A DNA stretch of 40,846 nucleotides from contig CBFGIY010000011.1 of the NCBI GenBank assembly GCA_965648935.1, forward strand, positions 1 to 40,846, given 5' to 3'. The position numbers and the translations under genes are program-made. This document shows, one piece after another, positions 8,900-16,632 of the stretch. The stretch's first letter is position 1, and the number at the start of each line of letters is the position of its first letter. Under the pieces are notes generated by a model. That model was not told the origin of the DNA and made no database searches. It saw nothing but the letters and a program-made list of their open reading frames with translations. This DNA is from a candidate division WOR-3 bacterium (GTDB lineage Bacteria; Hydrothermota; Tepidihabitantia; Tepidihabitantales; Tepidihabitantaceae).

Positions 8900-9622
8900 C
8901 TACTCCTGCCTGCCGGCCGGCGCGCCGGTCTCTGCCTTGTCCTCGCTCTCGTCGAGGTCGCAGAACTTCTGGTTCGCCCCGCGCTTGATCTTGACCATAT
9001 CGGCCGCGCTGCCGTAGTTCCACTTCTTCTCGACCGACTTCATCTTCGGTATCTCGTCGAACAGGTCGGTCATCCCGGTCGCGTCCGAGATGAACCGGAT
9101 CTCGGCCAGCGCCTTGTCCGATATCACCCGCTTCTCGGGCAGGCCGGCGCGCTTGCGGATCTCGGTGATGCGGCCGTCCGTGCCCGACTGCGCGGCCAGC
9201 GTGTGCTTGATGCCGAGGTTGCGCTCGACGTGGCTCACCGACAGCCCGGTGTCGTAGTAGTCCTGCGCGTACGGGTCCTTGATCTTCTTCACCTCTTCCC
9301 AGCCGTAGCCCTTGGCCAGGGCGGCGTAGCGCAGCATCGCGACCGCAAACGGGAAGTTGATGTCCTGCGGGCAGACCGCGTAGCAGCCCGAGCAGAAGAA
9401 GCAGAGCCAGAGCTCCTGCGAGGAGATTACCTTGTCGACGTTGCCCATCCGCAGGTCGCGGATTATCTGGCGCGGGTTGTAGGACGACAGCTTCGCCGCC
9501 GGGCACTGGGCCGTGCACTTGCCGCACTGGATGCACTTCTCGAGGTCCTTGACCATGCCGTGCGTCAGCTCGGCGAACTTCTTGTCGAACCCGGCCAGCC
9601 AGTCCTTGATTGTCTCAGCCAT
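8900..9622 (-). CDS. hdrC: Heterodisulfide reductase subunit C with C-terminal extension, 240 aa
   Basis: CIQCGKCTAQCP..YNPRQII..LWLCFFCSGCYAVCP. Confidence 0.9.
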   Translation of the reverse strand: MAETIKDWLAGFDKKFAELTHGMVKDLEKCIQCGKCTAQCPAAKLSSYNPRQIIRDLRMGNVDKVISSQELWLCFFCSGCYAVCPQDINFPFAVAMLRYAALAKGYGWEEVKKIKDPYAQDYYDTGLSVSHVERNLGIKHTLAAQSGTDGRITEIRKRAGLPEKRVISDKALAEIRFISDATGMTDLFDEIPKMKSVEKKWNYGSAADMVKIKRGANQKFCDLDESEDKAETGAPAGRQE

Positions 9623-9647
9623 TGGGTATCGCCTTTCCGAACTGCCG

Positions 9648-10064
9648 CTAGAGCATCCGCGGCATCGACTTCACCATGCCCGGGATGATGCGCGGGTGAC
9701 GCAGGGTCATCGCCATCATCATCCCCATCACCTTGCCCATTATGTAGAGGTTCATCTTCAGCCCGAAGGCCTTCATCATCGGCACCATCCGCTCGAACAC
9801 CTTACCGCCGAGCGCAGGCTCCCGGTCCACCGCCTTGACCACCGACGGCATCATCTCGACGAGCAGGTCGTCGTTCACCTCGATGCTCATCTGCTTCATC
9901 ATCGGCAGCATCCGGTCCAGCACCGGCGCGACCATCTCCGGCTCGCGAGCAAGATAAAGCAGCAGGCCCGGCATCATCGCCATCATCTTGTCCTTGGTCA
10001 GCGACAGGTCGAACATCTTCGAAAATGTGTCAACCGTCTGCAGAGCGACCTCTCGCCCGCTCAT
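9648..10064 (-). CDS. Methionine-rich repeat protein of unknown function, 138 aa
   Basis: 26 Met in 138 aa, no Cys, internal ~41-aa repeat. ATG overlaps the arsR stop (ATGA) and codon usage is host-like. Confidence 0.85.
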   Translation of the reverse strand: MSGREVALQTVDTFSKMFDLSLTKDKMMAMMPGLLLYLAREPEMVAPVLDRMLPMMKQMSIEVNDDLLVEMMPSVVKAVDREPALGGKVFERMVPMMKAFGLKMNLYIMGKVMGMMMAMTLRHPRIIPGMVKSMPRML

Positions 10065-10378
10065 CGCGCCACCGCCTCGGGCACGAAGGTCTCCACGAGA
10101 TGCCGCAGCACGACCACCGCCTGTTCGTCGCGGATCGAGTAGAAGATATTGGCCCCGCGCCGCTCGTGACTCAGAACGCCGGTCATCAGCAGATACTTGA
10201 GCTGTCCCGACACGGTCGACTGGCGCTCGCCAGTCGCCTCAACAAGGTCCGAAACCTTGCGCGGTCCGTCTTTCAACAGACATATGATTCTGAGCCTCAG
10301 AGGGTTAGAGAAGTGAGCCAGATAGTCAGCCAGACGCCTGCAGGTCTCCGGGTCCAAATGGAAAGTGGAATCAATCAC
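10061..10378 (-). CDS. ArsR/SmtB-family transcriptional regulator (paralog 1), first gene of the hdr-flx operon
   Basis: SNPLRLRIICLLKDGPRKVSDL..QSTVSGQLKYL..ERRGANIFYS. Confidence 0.9.
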   Translation of the reverse strand: MIDSTFHLDPETCRRLADYLAHFSNPLRLRIICLLKDGPRKVSDLVEATGERQSTVSGQLKYLLMTGVLSHERRGANIFYSIRDEQAVVVLRHLVETFVPEAVAR

Positions 10379-10384
10379 AACTAC

Positions 10385-10412
10385 ATCATATCGTGATATG
10401 CCGTTCTGTCAA
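10385..10412 (-). promoter_or_regulatory. hdr-flx operon promoter with overlapping inverted repeat CATATC-GT-GATATG (10387-10400), putative ArsR operator
   Basis: TTGACA-16-TATGAT, then 6 nt to GTG 10378. A perfect 6-2-6 palindrome covers the spacer and the -10. Confidence 0.7.
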
Positions 10413-10452
10413 TACCTGAATTGCGTGCAGCATCGCTCGTCCGGCCGCCGGT

Positions 10453-10481
10453 TTGACCAGCCCGGTCTTTCCTGTTACAAT
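10453..10481 (+). promoter_or_regulatory. Sigma70-type promoter for cysS
   Basis: TTGACC-17-TACAAT, 9 nt before ATG 10491; no SD. Confidence 0.65.
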
Positions 10482-10490
10482 GCGCGGCCG

Positions 10491-11876
10491 ATGAAGCTCT
10501 ACAACACTCTCACCCGCCGCAAGGACGAGTTCCGCCCGGTCCAGCCGGGCAGGGTCGGCATCTACACCTGCGGTCCGACCGTCTACATGTTCGCCCATAT
10601 CGGCAACTTCCGCGCCTATGTCTTCTCCGACACCCTGCGCCGGGTGTTTGAATACCTCGGATGGGAAGTCCGCCACGTGATGAACGTCACCGATGTCGGC
10701 CATCTTACATCTGATGAAGACTCGGGCGAAGACAAGCTGGAGAAGGGCGCGCGCGCCGAAGGCAAGACCCCGGAGCAGATCGCCCGCTTCTATGAGCAAG
10801 CCTTCTTTGCCGATGCCGGGCGCCTGAACATCCTCACGCCCCACGTGGTCTGCCGCGCCACAGACCACATCCCCGACATGATCGAGCTGGTCAGGCGCAT
10901 CGAGGCCGGCGGCTTCGCCTACCGCACGTCGGTCGGGCTGATTTTCGACACCGGCAGGTTCCCCGGCTATGCCGACCTCAGCCGCCTGAATCTCAAGGAA
11001 CAGCGCGCCGGGGCCCGGGTCGAGGTTGACCCCGAGCGCCGCAACCCGTCCGACTTCGCGCTCTGGATAACCAACCAGCCCAGACACCTGATGCAGTGGG
11101 ACTCGCCCTGGGGCCGCGGATTTCCGGGCTGGCACCTCGAATGCTCGGCGATGTCAATCAAGTACCTCGGCGAGACCTTCGACATCCACACGGGCGGCAT
11201 CGACCACATCCCGGTCCATCACACCAACGAACGCGCCCAGAACTACGCCGCCACCGGCCGCGAAACTGTGAACTACTGGTTGCACAACGCTTTCCTCACG
11301 CTCGGCGAACGGCGCATCGGCAAGTCCGAGGGCAACCTCATCACCCTTTCCCAGCTCAGCGAGCAGGGATTCGAACCGGCCCACTTCCGCTACCTCTGCC
11401 ACACCGCGCTCTACCGGATGCCGCTTTCGTTCACGACCGAGTCGATGCAGGGCGCGCGCAACTCCCTGCGCGGGCTGGTTGACTTTGGCCGCACCGCGCG
11501 CGACTGGCCGGTCAAAGACCCGGCCTGGACCGAACCCATCGCGGCCGAGTTCCGCTCGGCCATCGCCGATGACTTGAACATCCCGCAGGCGCTCGCCGCG
11601 GTCTGGACACTGGTGAGCGAGGGCAACCGGCGCCAGGACGGCGCGGCCTGGTCCCTGCTTCTTGATTTCGACCGGGTGCTCGGCCTCGGGCTCGACCGGC
11701 TGGCCGCCCAGTCGCCCGCCGTGCCCGAAGAGGTCACCCGGCTCATCGCCGACCGTCAGGCAGCGCGCAAGGCCAGAAACTGGGCCGAATCCGACCGCCT
11801 GCGCGACCGCATCGCTGAACTCGGCTGGATTGTCGAGGACACCCCGCAGGGTCCGCGCGCCAAGCCCCGGCCCTGA
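10491..11876 (+). CDS. cysS: Cysteine--tRNA ligase, 461 aa
   Basis: MKLYNTLTR, YTCGPTVY, HIGN, NVTDVGH, DFALW, PGWHLECSAM, DIHTGGID..HHTNE and the C-terminal anticodon domain (SDRLRD). Confidence 0.97.
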   Translation: MKLYNTLTRRKDEFRPVQPGRVGIYTCGPTVYMFAHIGNFRAYVFSDTLRRVFEYLGWEVRHVMNVTDVGHLTSDEDSGEDKLEKGARAEGKTPEQIARFYEQAFFADAGRLNILTPHVVCRATDHIPDMIELVRRIEAGGFAYRTSVGLIFDTGRFPGYADLSRLNLKEQRAGARVEVDPERRNPSDFALWITNQPRHLMQWDSPWGRGFPGWHLECSAMSIKYLGETFDIHTGGIDHIPVHHTNERAQNYAATGRETVNYWLHNAFLTLGERRIGKSEGNLITLSQLSEQGFEPAHFRYLCHTALYRMPLSFTTESMQGARNSLRGLVDFGRTARDWPVKDPAWTEPIAAEFRSAIADDLNIPQALAAVWTLVSEGNRRQDGAAWSLLLDFDRVLGLGLDRLAAQSPAVPEEVTRLIADRQAARKARNWAESDRLRDRIAELGWIVEDTPQGPRAKPRP

Positions 11877-11877
11877 C

Positions 11878-11905
11878 TTGACTCGGCCGGCTGATTGCCT
11901 ATCAT
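11878..11905 (+). promoter_or_regulatory. Promoter for tRNA-Ile (and possibly sppA)
   Basis: TTGACT-16-TATCAT upstream of the tRNA. Confidence 0.6.
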
Positions 11906-11949
11906 CTCACACTCCTTCCGGCCGGTTCGCAGTGTCGGATTCTGCAGAA

Positions 11950-12022
<73 letters not shown>

Positions 12023-12029
12023 TAATCCC

Positions 12030-12905
12030 GTGAGCAAGAACTGGATAATCGTCCTGATCGTCGTCGGGGTCGTGCTCGGCGCGGTCCTGCTCGGTCTCTT
12101 TGCGGTGGTCTGGGCCGCAGGCCGGTCCGACAGCGCTGTCGCGCTCGGCAAAGGCCTCGGCTACGTCGAGGTCGAAGGCGCCATCACCGAGTCAGAGGAC
12201 ATCGTCCGCCAGCTCAAGTCGCTTGAGACCAACTCGATGGTAAAGGGCATCCTGCTGCGCATCAACAGCCCGGGCGGCGTGGTCACCCCGTCCCATGACA
12301 TCTACGTAGAAGTCAGACGCATCAGCGAAGCGGGCAAGCCGGTGATCGCCTCTTTCGGCACGCTCGCTGCCTCAGGCGGCTACTACATCGCCGCGCCCTG
12401 CGACCTTATCATCGCCAGTCCCCAGACCCTGACCGGCTCGATCGGCGTCATAATGGAATTCCCGGTCGTCAACCGGGCGATGGACAAGCTCGGCCTCGCG
12501 GTCGAGGTCATCAAGTCACGCGAGCACAAGGACGTCGGTTCGCCGTTCAGGCCGATGACCGACCGCGACCGCGGCCTGCTCCAGGGCGTCGTGTCCGACG
12601 CCTACGATCAGTTTGTCGAAGTGGTAAGCCAGGGCCGCGAACTGCCCCGCGACAGCGTGCTCGGGTTCGCCGACGGCCGCATCCTCACCGGGCGCCAGGC
12701 CCTTGCCCTCGGCCTCGTCGACACCCTCGGCTCGTTTGAGGAGTCCAAGCGCATCGCCGCCGAGTACTGCGGCATCACTGGCGAGCCGCGCCTCATCCGC
12801 GCCCCGCGCCGGATGAGCCGGCTCTGGCGCCAGTTAATGGAGAGCACTGGCGATGCCCTGTTCGGGCGGCTGCGCTTCCCGCGCCTGAGTTTTACCTGGA
12901 ACTAG
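12030..12905 (+). CDS. sppA: Signal peptide peptidase SppA (short type, S49)
   Basis: N-terminal TM segment, LRINSPGG, AASGGYYIA, TGSIGV and ADGRILTGRQA..GLVD motifs. Confidence 0.93.
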   Translation: MSKNWIIVLIVVGVVLGAVLLGLFAVVWAAGRSDSAVALGKGLGYVEVEGAITESEDIVRQLKSLETNSMVKGILLRINSPGGVVTPSHDIYVEVRRISEAGKPVIASFGTLAASGGYYIAAPCDLIIASPQTLTGSIGVIMEFPVVNRAMDKLGLAVEVIKSREHKDVGSPFRPMTDRDRGLLQGVVSDAYDQFVEVVSQGRELPRDSVLGFADGRILTGRQALALGLVDTLGSFEESKRIAAEYCGITGEPRLIRAPRRMSRLWRQLMESTGDALFGRLRFPRLSFTWN

Positions 12906-12918
12906 AAAAGCCCGACGC

Positions 12919-13314
12919 CTAGAGCGTCGGCACCCGGTTGCGGCCCCGCAGAGCCGTCTGGGTTTCGCGGCGAATCGACCGCATCGTCTGGCGCGCATTG
13001 CGCAGATGCGCCTCTGCCTTCTTCATATCGGTCGCCTCGCGCACCCCGGCCAGAGCCTGCCGCGCCTGGTTAAGCTGGACATCGATCTGGTCGAGCTTGG
13101 CCAGACTCTCGGTATCGGTCAGGGACCTGCGCGCCTCGCTTACGCGGCGGGCCAGCCGCTCGGCCTGGGCCTCGACCTGGGCGGCCTGGGCCTGCATCCG
13201 CTCGACCGTCATCTTCGGACCGCGCGGACGGCTCGGCGTCGACAAAACGAAGACCAGCCCGACCACCACGACCAGGCCGATAATTGTCCAGACAACAACG
13301 CGGCTCTTCATCAT
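12919..13314 (-). CDS. Hypothetical protein: N-terminal TM anchor plus coiled coil
   Basis: Hydrophobic N-terminus, helical Q/A/R-rich body, AGGAGG RBS, TTGACC-16-TATAAT promoter at 13352-13379. Confidence 0.8.
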   Translation of the reverse strand: MMKSRVVVWTIIGLVVVVGLVFVLSTPSRPRGPKMTVERMQAQAAQVEAQAERLARRVSEARRSLTDTESLAKLDQIDVQLNQARQALAGVREATDMKKAEAHLRNARQTMRSIRRETQTALRGRNRVPTL

Positions 13315-13460
13315 TCCTCCTGATACCGATTAACAGGCGGCACTGACGATAATTATACCGCTTGAACTCGCCCGGTCAAGCAACCGGCCGCCGCGCCTGA
13401 GGCCCCGCCAACACCTGCCCTGTCGTCCTTGGCTTGCTGGCCCGCAGTCCCATCGAAAGC

Positions 13461-13486
13461 CTGCGCCCCGCCGAAGCGGGGCGCAG
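13461..13486 (-). terminator. Hairpin terminator after hydA
   Basis: 11-bp perfect stem CTGCGCCCCGC/GCGGGGCGCAG with a UUCG loop on the minus strand and a short U tract. Confidence 0.65.
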
Positions 13487-13505
13487 TGCTGTCGGCCAGA
13501 TACGA

Positions 13506-15449
13506 TCAAACCAGCGAGTCGCCGCGCGCGATGTAATGCGTGTGCAGGTACTTGTGCGACACCTCGCCGCACGGCCCATCGGTCAGGAACTCCTTGTAGA
13601 GCGCGATGACGTGCGGGTTCTCGTGCGACTTGCGCATCGCAAGGCCCAAGTCTTCGGCGTAGATCGCCTTGGCCCGGGCCGCGCGGATGTCGGGCGAAGT
13701 CGGGATGGGCTGGCCGCCGCCGCCCAGGCAGCCGCCCGGGCAGGCCATGAACTCGATGAAGTGGCACGAGCTGAACTTGCCGCCCGCGCGGATGTCGTCC
13801 ATCACCTTGCGGGCGTAAGCCGTGCCGTGCGCCACCGCGACCTTGAGCGTCGCGCCGTTGAGCCAGTCCCAGTCCGCCCCGAGCTTGCCTTTCTTGACGA
13901 GATGGGCGAAGAGCTCGGGCACCGGCCCGACCTTCGGGATGGGGATCTCCATGTACTTCACCCCGTCGAATCCGCGCACCGGCTCGACCACCGCATCCTT
14001 GAAGACATCCTCAGCCTTGAGGCCGGTGACGACCTCGACCACGGTACGGATAGCCGCTTCCATCACGCCGCCGGTCGCGCCGAAGATGAGGCCCGCGCCC
14101 GACGCGTCGCCGAATGGCAGGTCCGGGTGCGAGGGCGGCAGGTTGGGCAGGTCAAGCCCGGCTTCCTTGATCATCATCGCGGTCTCGCGCGTGGTCAGAC
14201 CGTAGTCGATGTCCTTGTAGCCCGAGGAGTTCATCTCCGGCCGGTTGGCCTCGAACTTTTTCGCCGAGCAGGGCATCAGCGAAACCGTGACGATCGACGC
14301 CGGGTCGATGCCAGCCTTCTTCGCGTAGTAGGTCTTGATCAGCGCCCCGAACATCTGCTGGGGCGACTTGCAGCTCGACAGGTTGGCGAGGAAATCCGGG
14401 TAGAAGTGCTCGCAGAACTTCACCCAGCCGGGCGAGCAGGATGTCAGCTGGGGCAGGGCGACCTGTTCTTTCTTCACCAGCGCCTTGTAGAGCCGGATGA
14501 GCAGCTCGGTGCCTTCTTCGATGATGGTCAGATCCGCGGTCGTGTTGGTGTCGAACACCGCGTCGAACCCGGCACGGCGCAGCCCGGTGTTGAGCTGGCC
14601 CGTGACCGAGGTGCCGGGCGGCAGTCCGAAATCCTCGCCGATGGCCGCGCGCGGCGACGGGGCGGTCTGCATCACGACGTGCTTCTTCGGGTCGTCGATC
14701 GCGGCCCAGATCTCGTCCGACGGGTCCTTGGCCCGCAGCGCCCCGGTCGGGCAGCGGTTGATGCACTGGCCGCAGTTGATGCAGATCACGTCGGCCAGCC
14801 CGCGGTCCATGAAGGTGGCTATCTCGGTCTTGTCCGACCGGCCCTCGGCGGTGAGCACGCCGACCGACTGCAGGTCGATGCAGGTGCGCACGCAGCGCCG
14901 GCAGAGCACGCACTTGTTCATGTCGCGCACGACCGAGTAACTCGACCGGTCGATCTCGTGGTGCGGCTTGTCGACGTGGCCGAACCGGAAGAAGTCGACA
15001 CCGTACTCCTTGGCCAGCGACTGCAGCTCGCAGTTGTTGTTGCGGAAGCAGGAGTAGCACTCGCCGTAGTGCTTCGAGAGCAGCAGGTCGAGCACGTGCC
15101 GCCGCGCCAGCCGCACCCGCTGACTCGTGGTCTTGACCACGGTCGGCTCGGTGCAGGGATAGGTGCAGGCGGTCTGCAGCGCGCGCTGCTTTTCGACCTC
15201 GACCACGCAGATGCGGCACAGGCCGGCCAGACACAGGTCCTCGTGCCAGCACAGGGTCGGGATACGGATGCCCGCGGTCTTGGCCGCTTCAAGGATGGTC
15301 GTGCCGAACGGCACCTTCAGCTCGATGTCGTCGATCTTGACCGATACCAGCCCGCCGATGTCGCCCGGCTTGCCGCCCGGTACGATGAGCGGTTTCTCCG
15401 AGCCCGGGGTCGCGCAGGTCCCGTCGGCGCAGGGGTTCTTTCTAGCCAT
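13506..15449 (-). CDS. hydA: [FeFe]-hydrogenase catalytic subunit (group A3 architecture), 647 aa
   Basis: N-terminal 2Fe-2S, His-ligated 4Fe-4S and 2x4Fe-4S motifs. H-cluster motifs TSCSPGW, MPCSAKKFE and EFMACPGGCLGGGGQP; fused small subunit RKSHENP. AAGGAG RBS before ATG 15449. Confidence 0.95.
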   Translation of the reverse strand: MARKNPCADGTCATPGSEKPLIVPGGKPGDIGGLVSVKIDDIELKVPFGTTILEAAKTAGIRIPTLCWHEDLCLAGLCRICVVEVEKQRALQTACTYPCTEPTVVKTTSQRVRLARRHVLDLLLSKHYGECYSCFRNNNCELQSLAKEYGVDFFRFGHVDKPHHEIDRSSYSVVRDMNKCVLCRRCVRTCIDLQSVGVLTAEGRSDKTEIATFMDRGLADVICINCGQCINRCPTGALRAKDPSDEIWAAIDDPKKHVVMQTAPSPRAAIGEDFGLPPGTSVTGQLNTGLRRAGFDAVFDTNTTADLTIIEEGTELLIRLYKALVKKEQVALPQLTSCSPGWVKFCEHFYPDFLANLSSCKSPQQMFGALIKTYYAKKAGIDPASIVTVSLMPCSAKKFEANRPEMNSSGYKDIDYGLTTRETAMMIKEAGLDLPNLPPSHPDLPFGDASGAGLIFGATGGVMEAAIRTVVEVVTGLKAEDVFKDAVVEPVRGFDGVKYMEIPIPKVGPVPELFAHLVKKGKLGADWDWLNGATLKVAVAHGTAYARKVMDDIRAGGKFSSCHFIEFMACPGGCLGGGGQPIPTSPDIRAARAKAIYAEDLGLAMRKSHENPHVIALYKEFLTDGPCGEVSHKYLHTHYIARGDSLV

Positions 15450-16632
15450 GGGTCTCTCCTTTGCCGGCAACGCGGCCCATTATCTCGGGCCGGAAGTGCT
15501 CAGTGATGTCGAGGAACGCGTTGGCGCTCGACTGGCCCAGACCGCACTTGGACGCGGCCTGCATCGTGCGCCCGAGCGATTGCAGCTCACGCAGGTAGCT
15601 GGAGCTGCAGCGGCCCGCCTTCAGAAGCCTCACCCCCTCGAGCAGCTTCGGGTTACCCTCGCGGCAGGGCGTGCACTGGCCGCACGACTCCTCCACAAAG
15701 AACTCGAGGAAGTTCTCGGCCACATCGAGCATGTCGCGCTGCGGGCCGATGACGATTATCGAGCCGCCGGTGCCGAGGTCCTCGAACCCGAGCTTGCGGT
15801 CGAACTGCTCGCGCGGCACGGTGCGGCCCGACGCGCCGCCGACCTGCACCGCCTTGGCATCCTCGCCGCCGACAAGCGAAAGCAGCTCGGCCACGCTCGT
15901 GCCCCAGGGCGCCTCGTAAACGCCGGGCTTCGCGCAGTCGCCCGATACCGATAGCAGCTTGGTCCCGGTCGAAACCTCGGTACCGTACTGCTTGAACCAC
16001 TCCGGCCCCTTGGCCAGGATGTGGGCGCAGGCGACGAGCGTCTCGACGTTATTGACCGAAGTCGGCGCGCCCACCAGTCCGGTATTCACCGGGTAGGGCG
16101 GGCGGTTGCGCGGTTCGCCGCGGTTGCCTTCGAGCGACTCAATCAGCGCGGTTTCCTCGCCGCAGACATATGCCCCGGCCCCCATTCGGATCTCGATATC
16201 GAACTCGAAGCCCGAGCCGAGGATATTCTTCCCCAGCAGGCCGGCCTTGCGCCGCTTCTCAAGCACCAGCTCGAGACCCTCGCGCATGCAGGTGTACTCG
16301 GCGCGCAGGTAGAGCACGCCGACCTTCGCTCCGATGGCGTAGCCGCCGATGGTCATCCCCTCGAACACGAGGTCGGGCCGCTCCGACAGAAGCACCCGGT
16401 CCTTGAACGTGCCCGGCTCGCCTTCGTCGGCGTTGCAGACGAGGAACTTCTTTTCCGATTGGGCCACCGCGCAGAGGTTCCACTTCACCGCGGTCGGGAA
16501 TCCGGCGCCGCCGCGGCCGCGGATGCCTGACTCGCGCACGGTACGGATGACTTCGGTGCGCGGCATCGCGAGCGCCTTCTTCATCCCGGCGTTGGGCTCG
16601 TGCTTGCCGAGGATCTGGTTGACGTTAACCAT
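15442..16632 (-). CDS. hydB: NuoF-like FMN/NADH-binding hydrogenase subunit, short form (396 aa)
   Basis: RGRGGAGFPT, CNADEGEPGTFKDR, GAGAYVCGEETAL, NNVET, SLBB and ESCGQCTPCREG..CGLG motifs. Confidence 0.9.
   Translation of the reverse strand: MVNVNQILGKHEPNAGMKKALAMPRTEVIRTVRESGIRGRGGAGFPTAVKWNLCAVAQSEKKFLVCNADEGEPGTFKDRVLLSERPDLVFEGMTIGGYAIGAKVGVLYLRAEYTCMREGLELVLEKRRKAGLLGKNILGSGFEFDIEIRMGAGAYVCGEETALIESLEGNRGEPRNRPPYPVNTGLVGAPTSVNNVETLVACAHILAKGPEWFKQYGTEVSTGTKLLSVSGDCAKPGVYEAPWGTSVAELLSLVGGEDAKAVQVGGASGRTVPREQFDRKLGFEDLGTGGSIIVIGPQRDMLDVAENFLEFFVEESCGQCTPCREGNPKLLEGVRLLKAGRCSSSYLRELQSLGRTMQAASKCGLGQSSANAFLDITEHFRPEIMGRVAGKGETHG

Noticed and set aside
2799..9622. Selenocysteine or pyrrolysine read-through in Hdr/Flx subunits
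   Set aside because: The expected Cys motifs are encoded as Cys, and the TGA/TAG codons fall at natural protein ends overlapping or abutting the next start.
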